Virus record (IMG/VR): IMGVR_UViG_3300045391_001808
Location: 1-54,317 of that record
Direction: 5' to 3' (one strand)
Origin: a virus
DNA length: 54,317 bases
Positions 24,807 to 33,016 of this stretch are shown here, in pieces (position 1 is the stretch's first letter; each line of letters begins with the position of its first letter). Made by a program: the position numbers and the translations under genes. Under the pieces are notes generated by a model, which saw only the letters and a program-made list of their open reading frames with translations, had not been told where the DNA came from and made no database searches.

Positions 24807-27612
24807 GCTCGACTCGCTCCACCCGTGGCACAACTGCAGGCCGTGCGGGTTCGCGGTCACGTGGGACGACGTCCCGGGCGCGTGGTACGTCCCCGTGGAC
24901 CACGACTTCGGGCCAGTCGTGCAGCGCGAGGCGGCCTACACGTGGCTCCGTGACATAATGTCTCGGAGTCACGTGTGGGTCAACCACAACGTGAAGTACG
25001 ACGCGCACGTGTACGAGCTGAACGTCGGGAGGATCCCTCCAGGCGTTCAGCTCCGGTGCACGGTCGTGCGGGCGAAGCTGGTCGACTCGGACCGACAGTT
25101 CCGTGGTGGGTACGGCCTGGACGTGTTGAGCTCGCAGTGGCTGCACGAGGACATCAGTGCCGTGGAGCAGGCGATGGCACCTTACCTCTACCGCTGCAAG
25201 GACTACGGCGTGGTGCCGTCGGACGTCATGGGTTCGTACGGCTGCCAGGACGTGATCACAAACCGTAGGCTGGATCGTTACATCGACAACGCTATGGCAT
25301 CCCAATGTTGTGAGATAGCGCTGGTAGAGCAGTCGCTGACTCGCGTGCTGCTTGACGTGGAGCAGCGTGGCATGATGGTCGACCCCACCGAGCTCAAGAT
25401 CGCCGAGCTCAGGACGATGACCCAGATGCTGCAGCTGGAGGCAGAGCTTGAGGTTCTCGTCGGCAGGTCGTTCAGGCCGCACGTCAACGAGGACTGCTAC
25501 GACGTGCTGTGCACGCAGTACGGGCTGCCCGTCATGGGGTGGACCGACAAGACAGAAGACGGCGAGGAGGGCGGCAACCCGTCGTTCGACAAGCAGGCAC
25601 TCGCGGGCTACATGGTGCACCCACTGGCCCCGAAGGACGTCGTGAGTCGGATCGTAAAGTATCGCAAGCTGTCTACGTTCAAGTCGCTGTTCGTAGACGT
25701 GCTGTCTACCGAGCACGTGGACGGCGTGATCCACACGCAGTACAACCAGCTCGTGCGCACCGGCCGGCTCAGCTGCAAGTCACCCAACATGCAGCAGCAG
25801 GACAAGTCGAGCAAGATGCTGTTCCACCCGCGACCTGGGTACAGCTTCATGTCGTGCGACTACTGCTTACCGGCTGGCACGCTGATACCGACGCCGTACG
25901 GTGACAAGCCGATAGAGATAGTTGCCGCCAACTTGATGCCAGTACTGTCTGTGACAGACAGTGGAGAGCTTAAATTCTGCGCGACCTCGAGAGGTGGAAG
26001 AGTTGGATTCGGCCAGATATTCAAGATCACTTTCACCGACGGGACTACATTCGAGTGTACGAGCGACCATCCGATGATGAGACTGGACGGCACGAGTGTT
26101 AAGTGCAAGGACTTGGTCTCAGGAGACAGGATGGCACACGTTGTTGACACGACGATAGGGAAATATACATACTGGAAACTTAAGAGCAGCATCTACAGCA
26201 AGCACAAGCTTGTAGCTGAGTGGGCGACAGGATCTAAGATAGATAGCGACCTCTACCACGTGCACCACATCGACGAGGACAAGAATAACTGGTGCGTGAG
26301 TAACCTAGAGGTAAGAGGTTACTCTGAGCACATATCAGGCCATAGTAGGCAACGATATCTGTCGCAAGATCATGTAAAGCGAGTAGAAGCACTGCGCGAA
26401 GCTCTTAAGAATCGAAGATCATACGCATATGATGAGAACCCAAACTGGCAGGGTGGTAAGATCGTGGTTGCATGTGACACGTGCGACCGACCATTCGAGA
26501 AGTGGCCTTCGCAGGATACTAAATACTGCTCGAAAGAGTGCCGTAGCGCTGGCCGATCAGCGAGTCATCAGAAGCGAAGAGTTGAAGTTACCTGTGAGAC
26601 GTGCAGTAGGACCTTCGAGACTCTGCCCGGAAGACCTCGAGTCTTCTGCTCGAGAGCTTGCTCTAACCGATCACCTGTAAAGACTGCAAAAGACGATAAG
26701 AACTATGAGGTGCTAAGCGTCGAGTACGCTCGCGACGACTGGTACTACAGCATAACTGTTCCTGAGACTGGTACTTACGTCACTACGAACGGGCTCATAA
26801 ATTCACAGAGTCAGATCGAGTTCCGGTTCATAGTCCACTATATCGACGAGCCACACGCCGTGGAGGCTTACAACCGCGACCCAGATACAGACTTTCACAC
26901 GTGGGTCGCCGAGCTCTGCAAGATCAAGAGGAAGCCGGCCAAGACTGTCAACTTCATGGTGGCCTTCGGCGGCGGCAAGAAGAAGACGATCAAGACGCTG
27001 TCGAAGAACGACGACGTGATCGGCGACATCACGCAGCAAGTCGAGAAGCTAATCGCAGAGGGCAGGGTGGACCGCGCCGACGCGAAGCTGGTGTTCGACC
27101 AGCTCTGCGAACGGAAGGCCGTTGACATGTATGAGACCTACCACGCCACGCTGCCCAACCTCAAGCGCACGTCCCGACGCGCCGCGTCAGTCTGCGAGCG
27201 GCGGGGCTACGTCTACACAATCATGGGCCGGCACCGGCACATCCCGAGGGACAAGGCGCACATAGCGTTCAACACGATCAACCAGGGCAGTGCTGCTGAC
27301 CTGATGAAGGAGCGCACCGTGGCGCTGGCCGAAGCGATCCGTGGCAGGGACATCCACATCGTCGCGAGCGTGCACGACGAGGTGCTGCTCGAGATGCCAA
27401 CTGCTGTCGCACACGATCCTCGGACGGCTCGTGACCTCGCGAACCTGATGGAGCACCCGCCGTTCGAGCTGCGAGTGCCCATCAGGTGCAGCATAGGAGT
27501 GAGCGACCACACGTGGGCGCAGGCCGGCAGCGACGACGTCAGCGGCCCTGTGTCCTACGATCCCAGCGAGTGCGGGCTGTTCGATCACGTTCCTAACACG
27601 TCGACACACTGA
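24691..27612 (+). CDS. family A DNA polymerase (3'-5' exo + pol) interrupted by an intein
   Basis: Exo I is LYLDFET. Motif A is split as SCDY / SQIEFR. Motif B is KPAKTVNFMVAFGG and motif C is VASVHDEVLLE. Confidence 0.9.
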   Translation: MLTFDNGGRLITREDELPPVPERIERLYLDFETRSGDPKLDSLHPWHNCRPCGFAVTWDDVPGAWYVPVDHDFGPVVQREAAYTWLRDIMSRSHVWVNHNVKYDAHVYELNVGRIPPGVQLRCTVVRAKLVDSDRQFRGGYGLDVLSSQWLHEDISAVEQAMAPYLYRCKDYGVVPSDVMGSYGCQDVITNRRLDRYIDNAMASQCCEIALVEQSLTRVLLDVEQRGMMVDPTELKIAELRTMTQMLQLEAELEVLVGRSFRPHVNEDCYDVLCTQYGLPVMGWTDKTEDGEEGGNPSFDKQALAGYMVHPLAPKDVVSRIVKYRKLSTFKSLFVDVLSTEHVDGVIHTQYNQLVRTGRLSCKSPNMQQQDKSSKMLFHPRPGYSFMSCDYCLPAGTLIPTPYGDKPIEIVAANLMPVLSVTDSGELKFCATSRGGRVGFGQIFKITFTDGTTFECTSDHPMMRLDGTSVKCKDLVSGDRMAHVVDTTIGKYTYWKLKSSIYSKHKLVAEWATGSKIDSDLYHVHHIDEDKNNWCVSNLEVRGYSEHISGHSRQRYLSQDHVKRVEALREALKNRRSYAYDENPNWQGGKIVVACDTCDRPFEKWPSQDTKYCSKECRSAGRSASHQKRRVEVTCETCSRTFETLPGRPRVFCSRACSNRSPVKTAKDDKNYEVLSVEYARDDWYYSITVPETGTYVTTNGLINSQSQIEFRFIVHYIDEPHAVEAYNRDPDTDFHTWVAELCKIKRKPAKTVNFMVAFGGGKKKTIKTLSKNDDVIGDITQQVEKLIAEGRVDRADAKLVFDQLCERKAVDMYETYHATLPNLKRTSRRAASVCERRGYVYTIMGRHRHIPRDKAHIAFNTINQGSAADLMKERTVALAEAIRGRDIHIVASVHDEVLLEMPTAVAHDPRTARDLANLMEHPPFELRVPIRCSIGVSDHTWAQAGSDDVSGPVSYDPSECGLFDHVPNTSTH
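25864..26802 (+). mobile_element. intein with HNH homing-endonuclease domain, inserted in PolA motif A
   Basis: Block A is CLPAGTLIPTPYG (Cys1 at 25864), block B is ECTSDHPMM, HNH is HVHHIDEDKNNWCVSNLEVRGYSEHISGH, and there are two CxxC...CSxxC repeats. Block F/G is WYYSITVPETGTYVTTNGLIN followed by Ser (Asn codon 26800-26802). The segment is visibly lower in GC. The 3' boundary is ambiguous by 6 nt (SQ|SQ). Confidence 0.8.
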
Positions 27613-27643
27613 TGTCAATAGGCATTTTGTGCCAAATAGTCAA

Positions 27644-27689
27644 ACTATCTATTTTAACACTATCTAGATTGTCTATTTTATCTATTTTA
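27644..27689. repeat. iteron-like short direct repeats in an AT-rich intergenic region
   Basis: TCTATTTTA occurs at 27648-27656, 27672-27680 and 27681-27689. ACTATCTA occurs at 27644-27651 and 27659-27666. Confidence 0.6.
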
Positions 27690-27893
27690 CCAACCTGTTC
27701 CAATGGCTCTATATCGCCTTGGTCCGTTGGACGATTCGATATACCAATAGACCCAGTTTTGGGCGAAATTTGATGCCAGATGGACACAAAAACAGCCCAG
27801 ATCGCTCTAGAATATAGACTCGCGGTATATTTCGACAAAAACTCGGGTACTTTGAAAAACTTTTAAGAAAATGAAAATATCTTAAGAAACCTG

Positions 27894-27922
27894 TTTACAT
27901 CGAACTCTACTGTCGATATATT
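27894..27922 (+). promoter_or_regulatory. sigma70-type promoter
   Basis: TTTACA (27894-27899), 17-nt spacer, TATATT (27917-27922). Confidence 0.65.
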
Positions 27923-27935
27923 CTACATAGTTGAT

Positions 27936-27953
27936 TACTACATACTACTGGAG
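27936..27953 (+). promoter_or_regulatory. conserved early leader/RBS cassette, copy 3
   Basis: TACTACATACTACTGGAG, identical to copy 1, 8 nt upstream of ATG 27962. Confidence 0.6.
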
Positions 27954-27961
27954 ACTGAAAC

Positions 27962-28204
27962 ATGTTCACCGCAGTCAAGCAGACCGACACTCACAAGCAG
28001 TTGTTCAAGGCTGCGAAATCATTACTGACAACATTTAGAGCAGACATAAATGGCGCTGACAGTTATGTCTACTTGCTTAATGACCTGATATTCATAGAGG
28101 ACGCTGATGACGAGACGCGCTCAACGTCGTGCATCCGTTTCACCTTGTACGATTGGAAGCCAACTGACATCATCGACGCGCTCAACGCATGGCTCGCCCA
28201 ATAG
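27962..28204 (+). CDS. small early protein, hypothetical
   Basis: 80-aa ORF behind a promoter plus leader cassette. Confidence 0.6.
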   Translation: MFTAVKQTDTHKQLFKAAKSLLTTFRADINGADSYVYLLNDLIFIEDADDETRSTSCIRFTLYDWKPTDIIDALNAWLAQ

Positions 28205-28291
28205 CCGAAACGGCCGCACGGCCGTCCACGCGATCTTACCCACGCGTGCTGACGAGGCAGGTTACCTCACGTACACAAGGAGAGTTAGACC

Positions 28292-28729
28292 ATGGCAGTA
28301 GTTCACAAGCACGGTAAGCCAGCACAAGCAGCCGCTCCCGCAGCACCAGCATCGGCCGCTCCCGGCACGAAGGACGAGAAGGCAAAGAAGGTCAAGCGCG
28401 AGCGCGTCCAGTACCCGATTCCCGAGGGCGGCCTCGAGATCTATCCGACCGACTACGACTCGAAGAAGTTCAAGCCGCTGAAGAAGAAGGACTTCAAGGA
28501 CGAGGCGCTCTACATCGAGGCTCGTGCCACCCACCTCGAGACGCAGGCCAAGAACTTGCGCGAGGAAGCCGCCAACATGCGTAAGATGGGCGGCGTGAAG
28601 GACAAGGGCAAGGCGAAGCGCCTGCTCGCGATGCAGAAGCGGATGGCCGAACTCAAGGCGTCGCTGGCCGGGGAAGGTGTCGACGTCGACGCCCTGCTGG
28701 CCTCGATGGCTGCACCGACCGAGGCGTAG
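28292..28729 (+). CDS. Lys-rich basic hypothetical protein
   Basis: 145 aa. AAGGAG lies upstream. It has an Ala/Pro N-terminus followed by K/E-rich helical sequence. Confidence 0.6.
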   Translation: MAVVHKHGKPAQAAAPAAPASAAPGTKDEKAKKVKRERVQYPIPEGGLEIYPTDYDSKKFKPLKKKDFKDEALYIEARATHLETQAKNLREEAANMRKMGGVKDKGKAKRLLAMQKRMAELKASLAGEGVDVDALLASMAAPTEA

Positions 28730-28743
28730 TACTTCCCGTCACA

Positions 28744-28779
28744 GGCAGTCTGGGCCGTCGATTCGACACCCAGACTGCC
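28744..28779 (+). other. perfect 11-bp hairpin (RNA processing site or U-less terminator)
   Basis: ggcagtctggg (28744-28754) pairs with cccagactgcc (28769-28779) across a 14-nt loop. There is no U-tract. It lies immediately upstream of leader cassette copy 4. Confidence 0.5.
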
Positions 28780-28794
28780 GGGATCGGGGCGCAT

Positions 28795-28808
28795 TACATA
28801 CTACGGAG
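28795..28808 (+). promoter_or_regulatory. conserved early leader/RBS cassette, copy 4
   Basis: TACATACTACGGAG, 6 nt upstream of ATG 28815. Confidence 0.55.
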
Positions 28809-28814
28809 GTTGAG

Positions 28815-29003
28815 ATGTTAAAGCGAGTAACGCTGGAGTTTGACAATTCTACGCAAGCATTCGGCTTCTGCCGCGACTGCAGTCAGTGCGACAGGTTAGT
28901 TCCGATCATTCACAACGACCAACGGTCTGTAACCGTCGACATCGACGAGAATAACGTCGACATAGACATGAGCGCGATCGCCGCACTACTCTCGGTCGAA
29001 TAA
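28815..29003 (+). CDS. small early protein, hypothetical
   Basis: 62 aa (MLKRVTLEFDNSTQAFGFCRDCSQCDRL...), preceded by the leader cassette. Confidence 0.5.
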   Translation: MLKRVTLEFDNSTQAFGFCRDCSQCDRLVPIIHNDQRSVTVDIDENNVDIDMSAIAALLSVE

Positions 29004-29018
29004 ATTTCGTAAGACCTA

Positions 29019-29047
29019 TTGACATCTATACCCGGATATGGTATAAT
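29019..29047 (+). promoter_or_regulatory. consensus sigma70 promoter with extended -10
   Basis: TTGACA (29019-29024), 17-nt spacer, TGgTATAAT (-10 hexamer at 29042-29047). Confidence 0.8.
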
Positions 29048-29056
29048 GTCGCCATC

Positions 29057-29076
29057 ACATACTACATACTACGGAG
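29057..29076 (+). promoter_or_regulatory. conserved early leader/RBS cassette, copy 5
   Basis: ACATACTACATACTACGGAG, 6 nt upstream of ATG 29083. Confidence 0.6.
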
Positions 29077-29082
29077 GCCTTA

Positions 29083-29274
29083 ATGGCTACTACACGCAAG
29101 AAGCGTCGCACGGAGATCTTCTCCGACTTCTCTCACGAACAGTCGTGCGTCTGCCAGGACTGGGCGGACCAGATGGCCGCTGACGGCTGGTCTATCGAAC
29201 TATTCGCCTGGTGCAAGATCGCACAGCAGTGGACCGTGATCGCCAAGAAGGAGGTGGACGATGGTCGCAGATAA
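29083..29274 (+). CDS. small early protein, hypothetical
   Basis: 63-aa ORF behind a promoter plus leader cassette. Confidence 0.55.
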   Translation: MATTRKKRRTEIFSDFSHEQSCVCQDWADQMAADGWSIELFAWCKIAQQWTVIAKKEVDDGRR

Positions 29275-29656
29275 GAAGTCCGTACAGCAGGAGATCGCGG
29301 ACCTGGAGGGCACCCGCCGCGGCCTGGAGAACCAGATTCGAGTCACCCAGACCAACATGACGAACGTGGAGTTCGTCGAGCGGTCGATCGCCGAGCACCG
29401 CGCTCGGATCGAGTGGCACCAGAAGTGCATCGAACAGCTGGAATACGGCCGCGACAACGGCTCCCAGATCGTGGCAGACGCCCGGGAGAAGATCGCCCGT
29501 ATCAACAAGCAGGTCAAACGCCTGCGACACCGACGTGACGTCGAGCGGATGCTGGAACTACAGCGGTCGATCAACGAGGCGAGCGAGCTACTGACCGCTG
29601 AAGAGCGGCAGTCGCTCGCTGCACTACTGACCTCAGGAGGTGACGACGATGCGTGA
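29261..29656 (+). CDS. coiled-coil hypothetical protein
   Basis: 131 aa, heptad-like and E/R/Q rich. Confidence 0.55.
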   Translation: MVADKKSVQQEIADLEGTRRGLENQIRVTQTNMTNVEFVERSIAEHRARIEWHQKCIEQLEYGRDNGSQIVADAREKIARINKQVKRLRHRRDVERMLELQRSINEASELLTAEERQSLAALLTSGGDDDA

Positions 29657-30068
29657 CCAGGTGCTCGCCTGGCACGACGAGTACTGCCAGAAGCTCGAAG
29701 AGTTCTGTCTGTGCGTGATGCCAGGCGCGGTGTTTGTCCGCCCGAAGGTGGAGTTCCACGTGGAGGGCAAGAACCGTGCGGGCGGCTACAGCCGCGGGTC
29801 GCATACCTGCCACTACTACCTACCGTACGTCGCCATGGGCGGCTACGAGGAGACCGTGGCCCACGAGGTCTGTCACGCGTACCAGAAGCAGGTGCTACCG
29901 GAGTCCCGGTGGCACGGAGACTTCTGGAAGTTCCTACTGCGGGTGGTGTGCGGCTTCGAGAACGCAGAGCGGTGTCACCGCCTGCCGGTCGAGAAGGCAC
30001 GTAAGATCGGAAAGTTGTTGAGACTGTCACAGATACTACGTACTACGGGAGACTCAGATGGAGTGTAA
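29649..30068 (+). CDS. SprT-like zinc metalloprotease domain protein
   Basis: HExxH is present in ETVAHEVCHAYQKQV, with downstream WHGDFW. AGGAGG lies 8 nt upstream of ATG 29649. Confidence 0.6.
   Translation: MRDQVLAWHDEYCQKLEEFCLCVMPGAVFVRPKVEFHVEGKNRAGGYSRGSHTCHYYLPYVAMGGYEETVAHEVCHAYQKQVLPESRWHGDFWKFLLRVVCGFENAERCHRLPVEKARKIGKLLRLSQILRTTGDSDGV
30033..30051 (+). promoter_or_regulatory. conserved early leader/RBS cassette, copy 6 (variant)
   Basis: ATACTACGTACTACGGGAG, 6 nt upstream of ATG 30058. It lies inside the 3' end of the SprT-like gene. Confidence 0.5.
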
Positions 30069-30390
30069 GATAGTAGAGATACGTGATCGCGCGACGTTCA
30101 TACCGGCGATGGCCGTACGACTCAGCGGAGAGTGCTCGGATCAGGAAAGATGGCTGCTGTCGCGTGCTGGTTTCGGTTTGAAGCGCGAGGACCAGGAGCG
30201 ATACGTGATCCTCATACACCTGGGCACTATGGAGTGTAACTACGACCCTCACCAGTGGGGTGGTGGGCGCACGATGTGTGAGGCACACAAGTGGATCGTC
30301 GACCACTGGGACGAGGTCGTGGTGGGACAGGTCGTCGACGTGCAGTTCATACTCGGTGAGACTCCAGTAGCAAAGGTGTCAGAGCGATGA
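30058..30390 (+). CDS. hypothetical protein
   Basis: 110-aa ORF preceded by the leader cassette. Confidence 0.6.
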   Translation: MECKIVEIRDRATFIPAMAVRLSGECSDQERWLLSRAGFGLKREDQERYVILIHLGTMECNYDPHQWGGGRTMCEAHKWIVDHWDEVVVGQVVDVQFILGETPVAKVSER

Positions 30391-31229
30391 AACACAAGTG
30401 TAAGACGTGGAGGCCCGGAATCGAGTCGCGGTACGTCCAGCTCAAGCGGGACGGCATCTGGCTCGAGCTGACGCGGGCCAACCTGCGATACGCAGCGACC
30501 AGCAAGCCGTCGTATGTGACAGCTGCCGTCGAGAAGTGCCTGGGCCGCGACGTGTGGGCGGGCATGCCCGACGGCACCACGGTATACGGCGAGCTGTACT
30601 CGCCCGGAAAGCCAGCCAGCGACGTAAAGAGCGCGCTGGCGGACGGTCGCCCGCTGGCGTTCGACGCCTTCGCGATCGGCAGCAACCCAGACTACACGCT
30701 GGAGCACGTGCGGGACGTAGTACGCGAGTGGGGGTTCCACTTCGCGCCGTTCTTCGCACTTAACAATAAGCCACTACCCTCCCTCTTCAAGGCAGACGAG
30801 CCGCAGACGTTCTACAAGTTCTGGAAGGGGTTTACTGACTGCGAGGGAGTCGTCTACAAAGACAGCAACCTCGAGGGGTGGCACAAGTGGAAGCCGGTAC
30901 GAACGATCGACCTCGTCGTGGCAGGGTTCGAGGACGGCAACGGAAAGCACCTCGGACTCGTAGGGTCGATGCTCGGAGCGGTGTACATGCCCGACGGGAA
31001 CATGCACATCATCGCGAACGTCGGCACAGGGATGAGTGACGACCTGAGAATGGACGTGAGCCTCGATCGGGAGAAGTATCTAGGTTCGGTGATCGAGGTG
31101 GAGTACCAGTACGTCGGGTCGCAGGGTCGCCTGCGGCACCCGAGACTGAAGTGTTTTAGGGACGACAAGCTAGGACGCGAGTGCTTGCTCGACCAGGACC
31201 CAGACTTGGAGGCAGCATGGCGAAACTAG
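30387..31229 (+). CDS. ATP-dependent DNA ligase
   Basis: Motif I is VQLKRDGIW (KxDG). VYGELY, EGVVYKD and WHKWKP correspond to motifs III-V. Confidence 0.8.
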   Translation: MKHKCKTWRPGIESRYVQLKRDGIWLELTRANLRYAATSKPSYVTAAVEKCLGRDVWAGMPDGTTVYGELYSPGKPASDVKSALADGRPLAFDAFAIGSNPDYTLEHVRDVVREWGFHFAPFFALNNKPLPSLFKADEPQTFYKFWKGFTDCEGVVYKDSNLEGWHKWKPVRTIDLVVAGFEDGNGKHLGLVGSMLGAVYMPDGNMHIIANVGTGMSDDLRMDVSLDREKYLGSVIEVEYQYVGSQGRLRHPRLKCFRDDKLGRECLLDQDPDLEAAWRN

Positions 31230-31456
31230 TTTCGACTGCTCTCGTAGTCATAATCGTAATGGGCATACTATTTGCTCTGATTAAGAATGCTGTAGACGCA
31301 GCTAATAAGACTATCTCACAAGAGGACGCGATCAACTTAAAGCAGGTTATGGACAAGAATGGTATCCGAGTGTGGAAGTTCCGTGACGGGAATCACAGCT
31401 ATCTTGTGACTGATGGGTTCCTACTCGAGATCAGAGAGGAGGCTGAAGCACGATGA
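31217..31456 (+). CDS. small membrane-anchored protein
   Basis: 79 aa. The N-terminal TM segment is LVSTALVVIIVMGILFALI. GGAGG lies upstream of ATG 31217. Confidence 0.5.
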   Translation: MAKLVSTALVVIIVMGILFALIKNAVDAANKTISQEDAINLKQVMDKNGIRVWKFRDGNHSYLVTDGFLLEIREEAEAR

Positions 31457-32031
31457 CACGGACCATGCTGATAGGCGAACGGTTCAACGGCCCGCGACGA
31501 GAGCGGTGGGACGAGCTCTGCAAGAGCGACCCGGGTGGCTGGCTCGAGCTAGCAGTACGGCTGGGCGCGTTTCACGACGCGCGGTCGCGCTCGCGGCTGG
31601 CGAGCATAGGAATCACGTTCAACGTTCCGACGTGGGCGATAGGCAGCGTGCAGGGTGAAGAATCTTCGTCCTGCACGCTGTCGAGTCCCACGGTGGACCG
31701 CACGATGAACCTGCTGCCGCCCGCGCCGCAGAAGGTACGATGGGCGCCGACGCTCGCGGGACAGGTGGCGATAGCGTGGTACCCGCACCTGCTCGACTAC
31801 GAGGTGACTTACCTCTGCGGCCGGAAGGTAGCGTCGGCGTTCGGTGTGCCGGTCAGCGGACCGATCCCGTCGCGGTGGGGCCTGAGCTCTGCCGACTGGG
31901 GCGACTGCTTCCTGCTACAGGACGACGAGGAGTGTGACCACACCCTAGTCGTCCTCCCACATCCATCAGGACTCAACAGATTCTGGAACGACGAGATAGC
32001 CGTGGAGCTGGCAAGGGAGATGCTGTCATGA
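31453..32031 (+). CDS. uracil-DNA glycosylase superfamily-like protein
   Basis: N-terminal LIGERFNGP resembles UDG motif A (GExPG). C-terminal VVLPHPSGLNRFWN resembles motif B (HPS). Confidence 0.5.
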   Translation: MTRTMLIGERFNGPRRERWDELCKSDPGGWLELAVRLGAFHDARSRSRLASIGITFNVPTWAIGSVQGEESSSCTLSSPTVDRTMNLLPPAPQKVRWAPTLAGQVAIAWYPHLLDYEVTYLCGRKVASAFGVPVSGPIPSRWGLSSADWGDCFLLQDDEECDHTLVVLPHPSGLNRFWNDEIAVELAREMLS

Positions 32032-32672
32032 AGAAAGTATGCAAGACTGCAGGATACGAGTACGAGTGGCTGAGGACTGCCCCGCCCGGCACTGCTGTGC
32101 GAGTCCTGGATGCTGGGGACGGATGGTACACGTACGACTGGTACGACGGGCAGCCGGCGCTCCACGCGTCGCACGTGTGGCTCTTCATGAAGAAGCACGT
32201 GTGGGACTACGGCGCGGGGCCGGACTTTTGGATCGACAAGAACAGGTACGTCGACCACGTGTACGAAGTGTCACGAGGTCTGGACGTGCGCGATAGTTTG
32301 GTGACGCTAGTGCTCAACCAGATATGGACGCTGAGCGTCACACCGGTGCGGTACTGCCACGGCGACCTCACGCTGCTCAACGTCGTCGACGGTATGGACG
32401 GCCTGAAGCTGATCGACCCGTGCGACTGTCACGGCCTGCCGTGCAGGGAGCTCGACGAGTCGAAGCTCATGATGTCACTCGACGGCTGGGACTTCGTCAA
32501 GACTGGCAGGTGGCCCGACGTGCGATCACGGATCCCGGGCGTGCGTCGCGTACATCACGCGCTGCTGGCCACTCACTACCTACGAGCGCTCGCTCACAGT
32601 GAAAAGCATTGTGAGCGGGCGCTGGAGTTCTGTCGTGACCGGTTCTACGAAATCGCTGAGGCCATAACATGA
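32028..32672 (+). CDS. protein-kinase-like fold phosphotransferase (APH/choline/sugar kinase-like)
   Basis: The catalytic loop is YCHGDLTLLNVV, followed by LKLIDP (a DxD/DFG-like metal site). Confidence 0.6.
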   Translation: MKKVCKTAGYEYEWLRTAPPGTAVRVLDAGDGWYTYDWYDGQPALHASHVWLFMKKHVWDYGAGPDFWIDKNRYVDHVYEVSRGLDVRDSLVTLVLNQIWTLSVTPVRYCHGDLTLLNVVDGMDGLKLIDPCDCHGLPCRELDESKLMMSLDGWDFVKTGRWPDVRSRIPGVRRVHHALLATHYLRALAHSEKHCERALEFCRDRFYEIAEAIT

Positions 32673-33016
32673 AGAAAAAGACGTACCTTATCGACATCGA
32701 TGGCTGCCTGCTCCGCCACTTCGAGCTGGGCCCTGCCAAGCAGTGGTTCGAGACCGGACAGCCGCTGCCCGGGGCACGCGACTGTCTCGAGCGGCTCGAG
32801 ATGGACGGCGCGCACATCGTTCTGGTGACTGCCCGGCCTGAGGTGTTCAGGGAACTTCTCGTGAAGTCCCTGCACGCCCACGGTCTGGTCTACCACCAGC
32901 TCGTGATGGGAGTGACCAGCGGCGAGCGTGTGCTCGTCAACGACCAGAAGCTGAGCGGCAAGGCCGCTACGGCGATAGAGATGACCCGCAACTCTAACAT
33001 AGGGGACTGGATATGA
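32669..33016 (+). CDS. HAD-superfamily phosphatase
   Basis: Motif I is YLIDIDGCLL, motif II is VLVTARP, and the later acidic motif is VLVNDQK. Confidence 0.65.
   Translation: MKKKTYLIDIDGCLLRHFELGPAKQWFETGQPLPGARDCLERLEMDGAHIVLVTARPEVFRELLVKSLHAHGLVYHQLVMGVTSGERVLVNDQKLSGKAATAIEMTRNSNIGDWI

Noticed and set aside
27644-27689. CRISPR array.
   Set aside because: The repeats are only 8-9 nt, partly tandem without spacers, and no cas genes are present. They fit iterons or operator sites better.
27593-27838. 81-aa minus-strand ORF in the AT-rich region after the polymerase gene.
   Set aside because: It would be the only minus-strand gene. Its IDKIDNLDSVKID segment is just the translation of the iteron-like repeats. 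It would start inside the polymerase 3' end and has no recognisable RBS. I treat it as non-coding, though this is not excluded.
28205-28291. Intrinsic terminator after the 27962..28204 gene (short GC hairpins acggccg/cggccgt and cacgcg/cgcgtg).
   Set aside because: The stems are short, the first has only a 2-nt loop, and no U-tract follows. The evidence is too weak to call.
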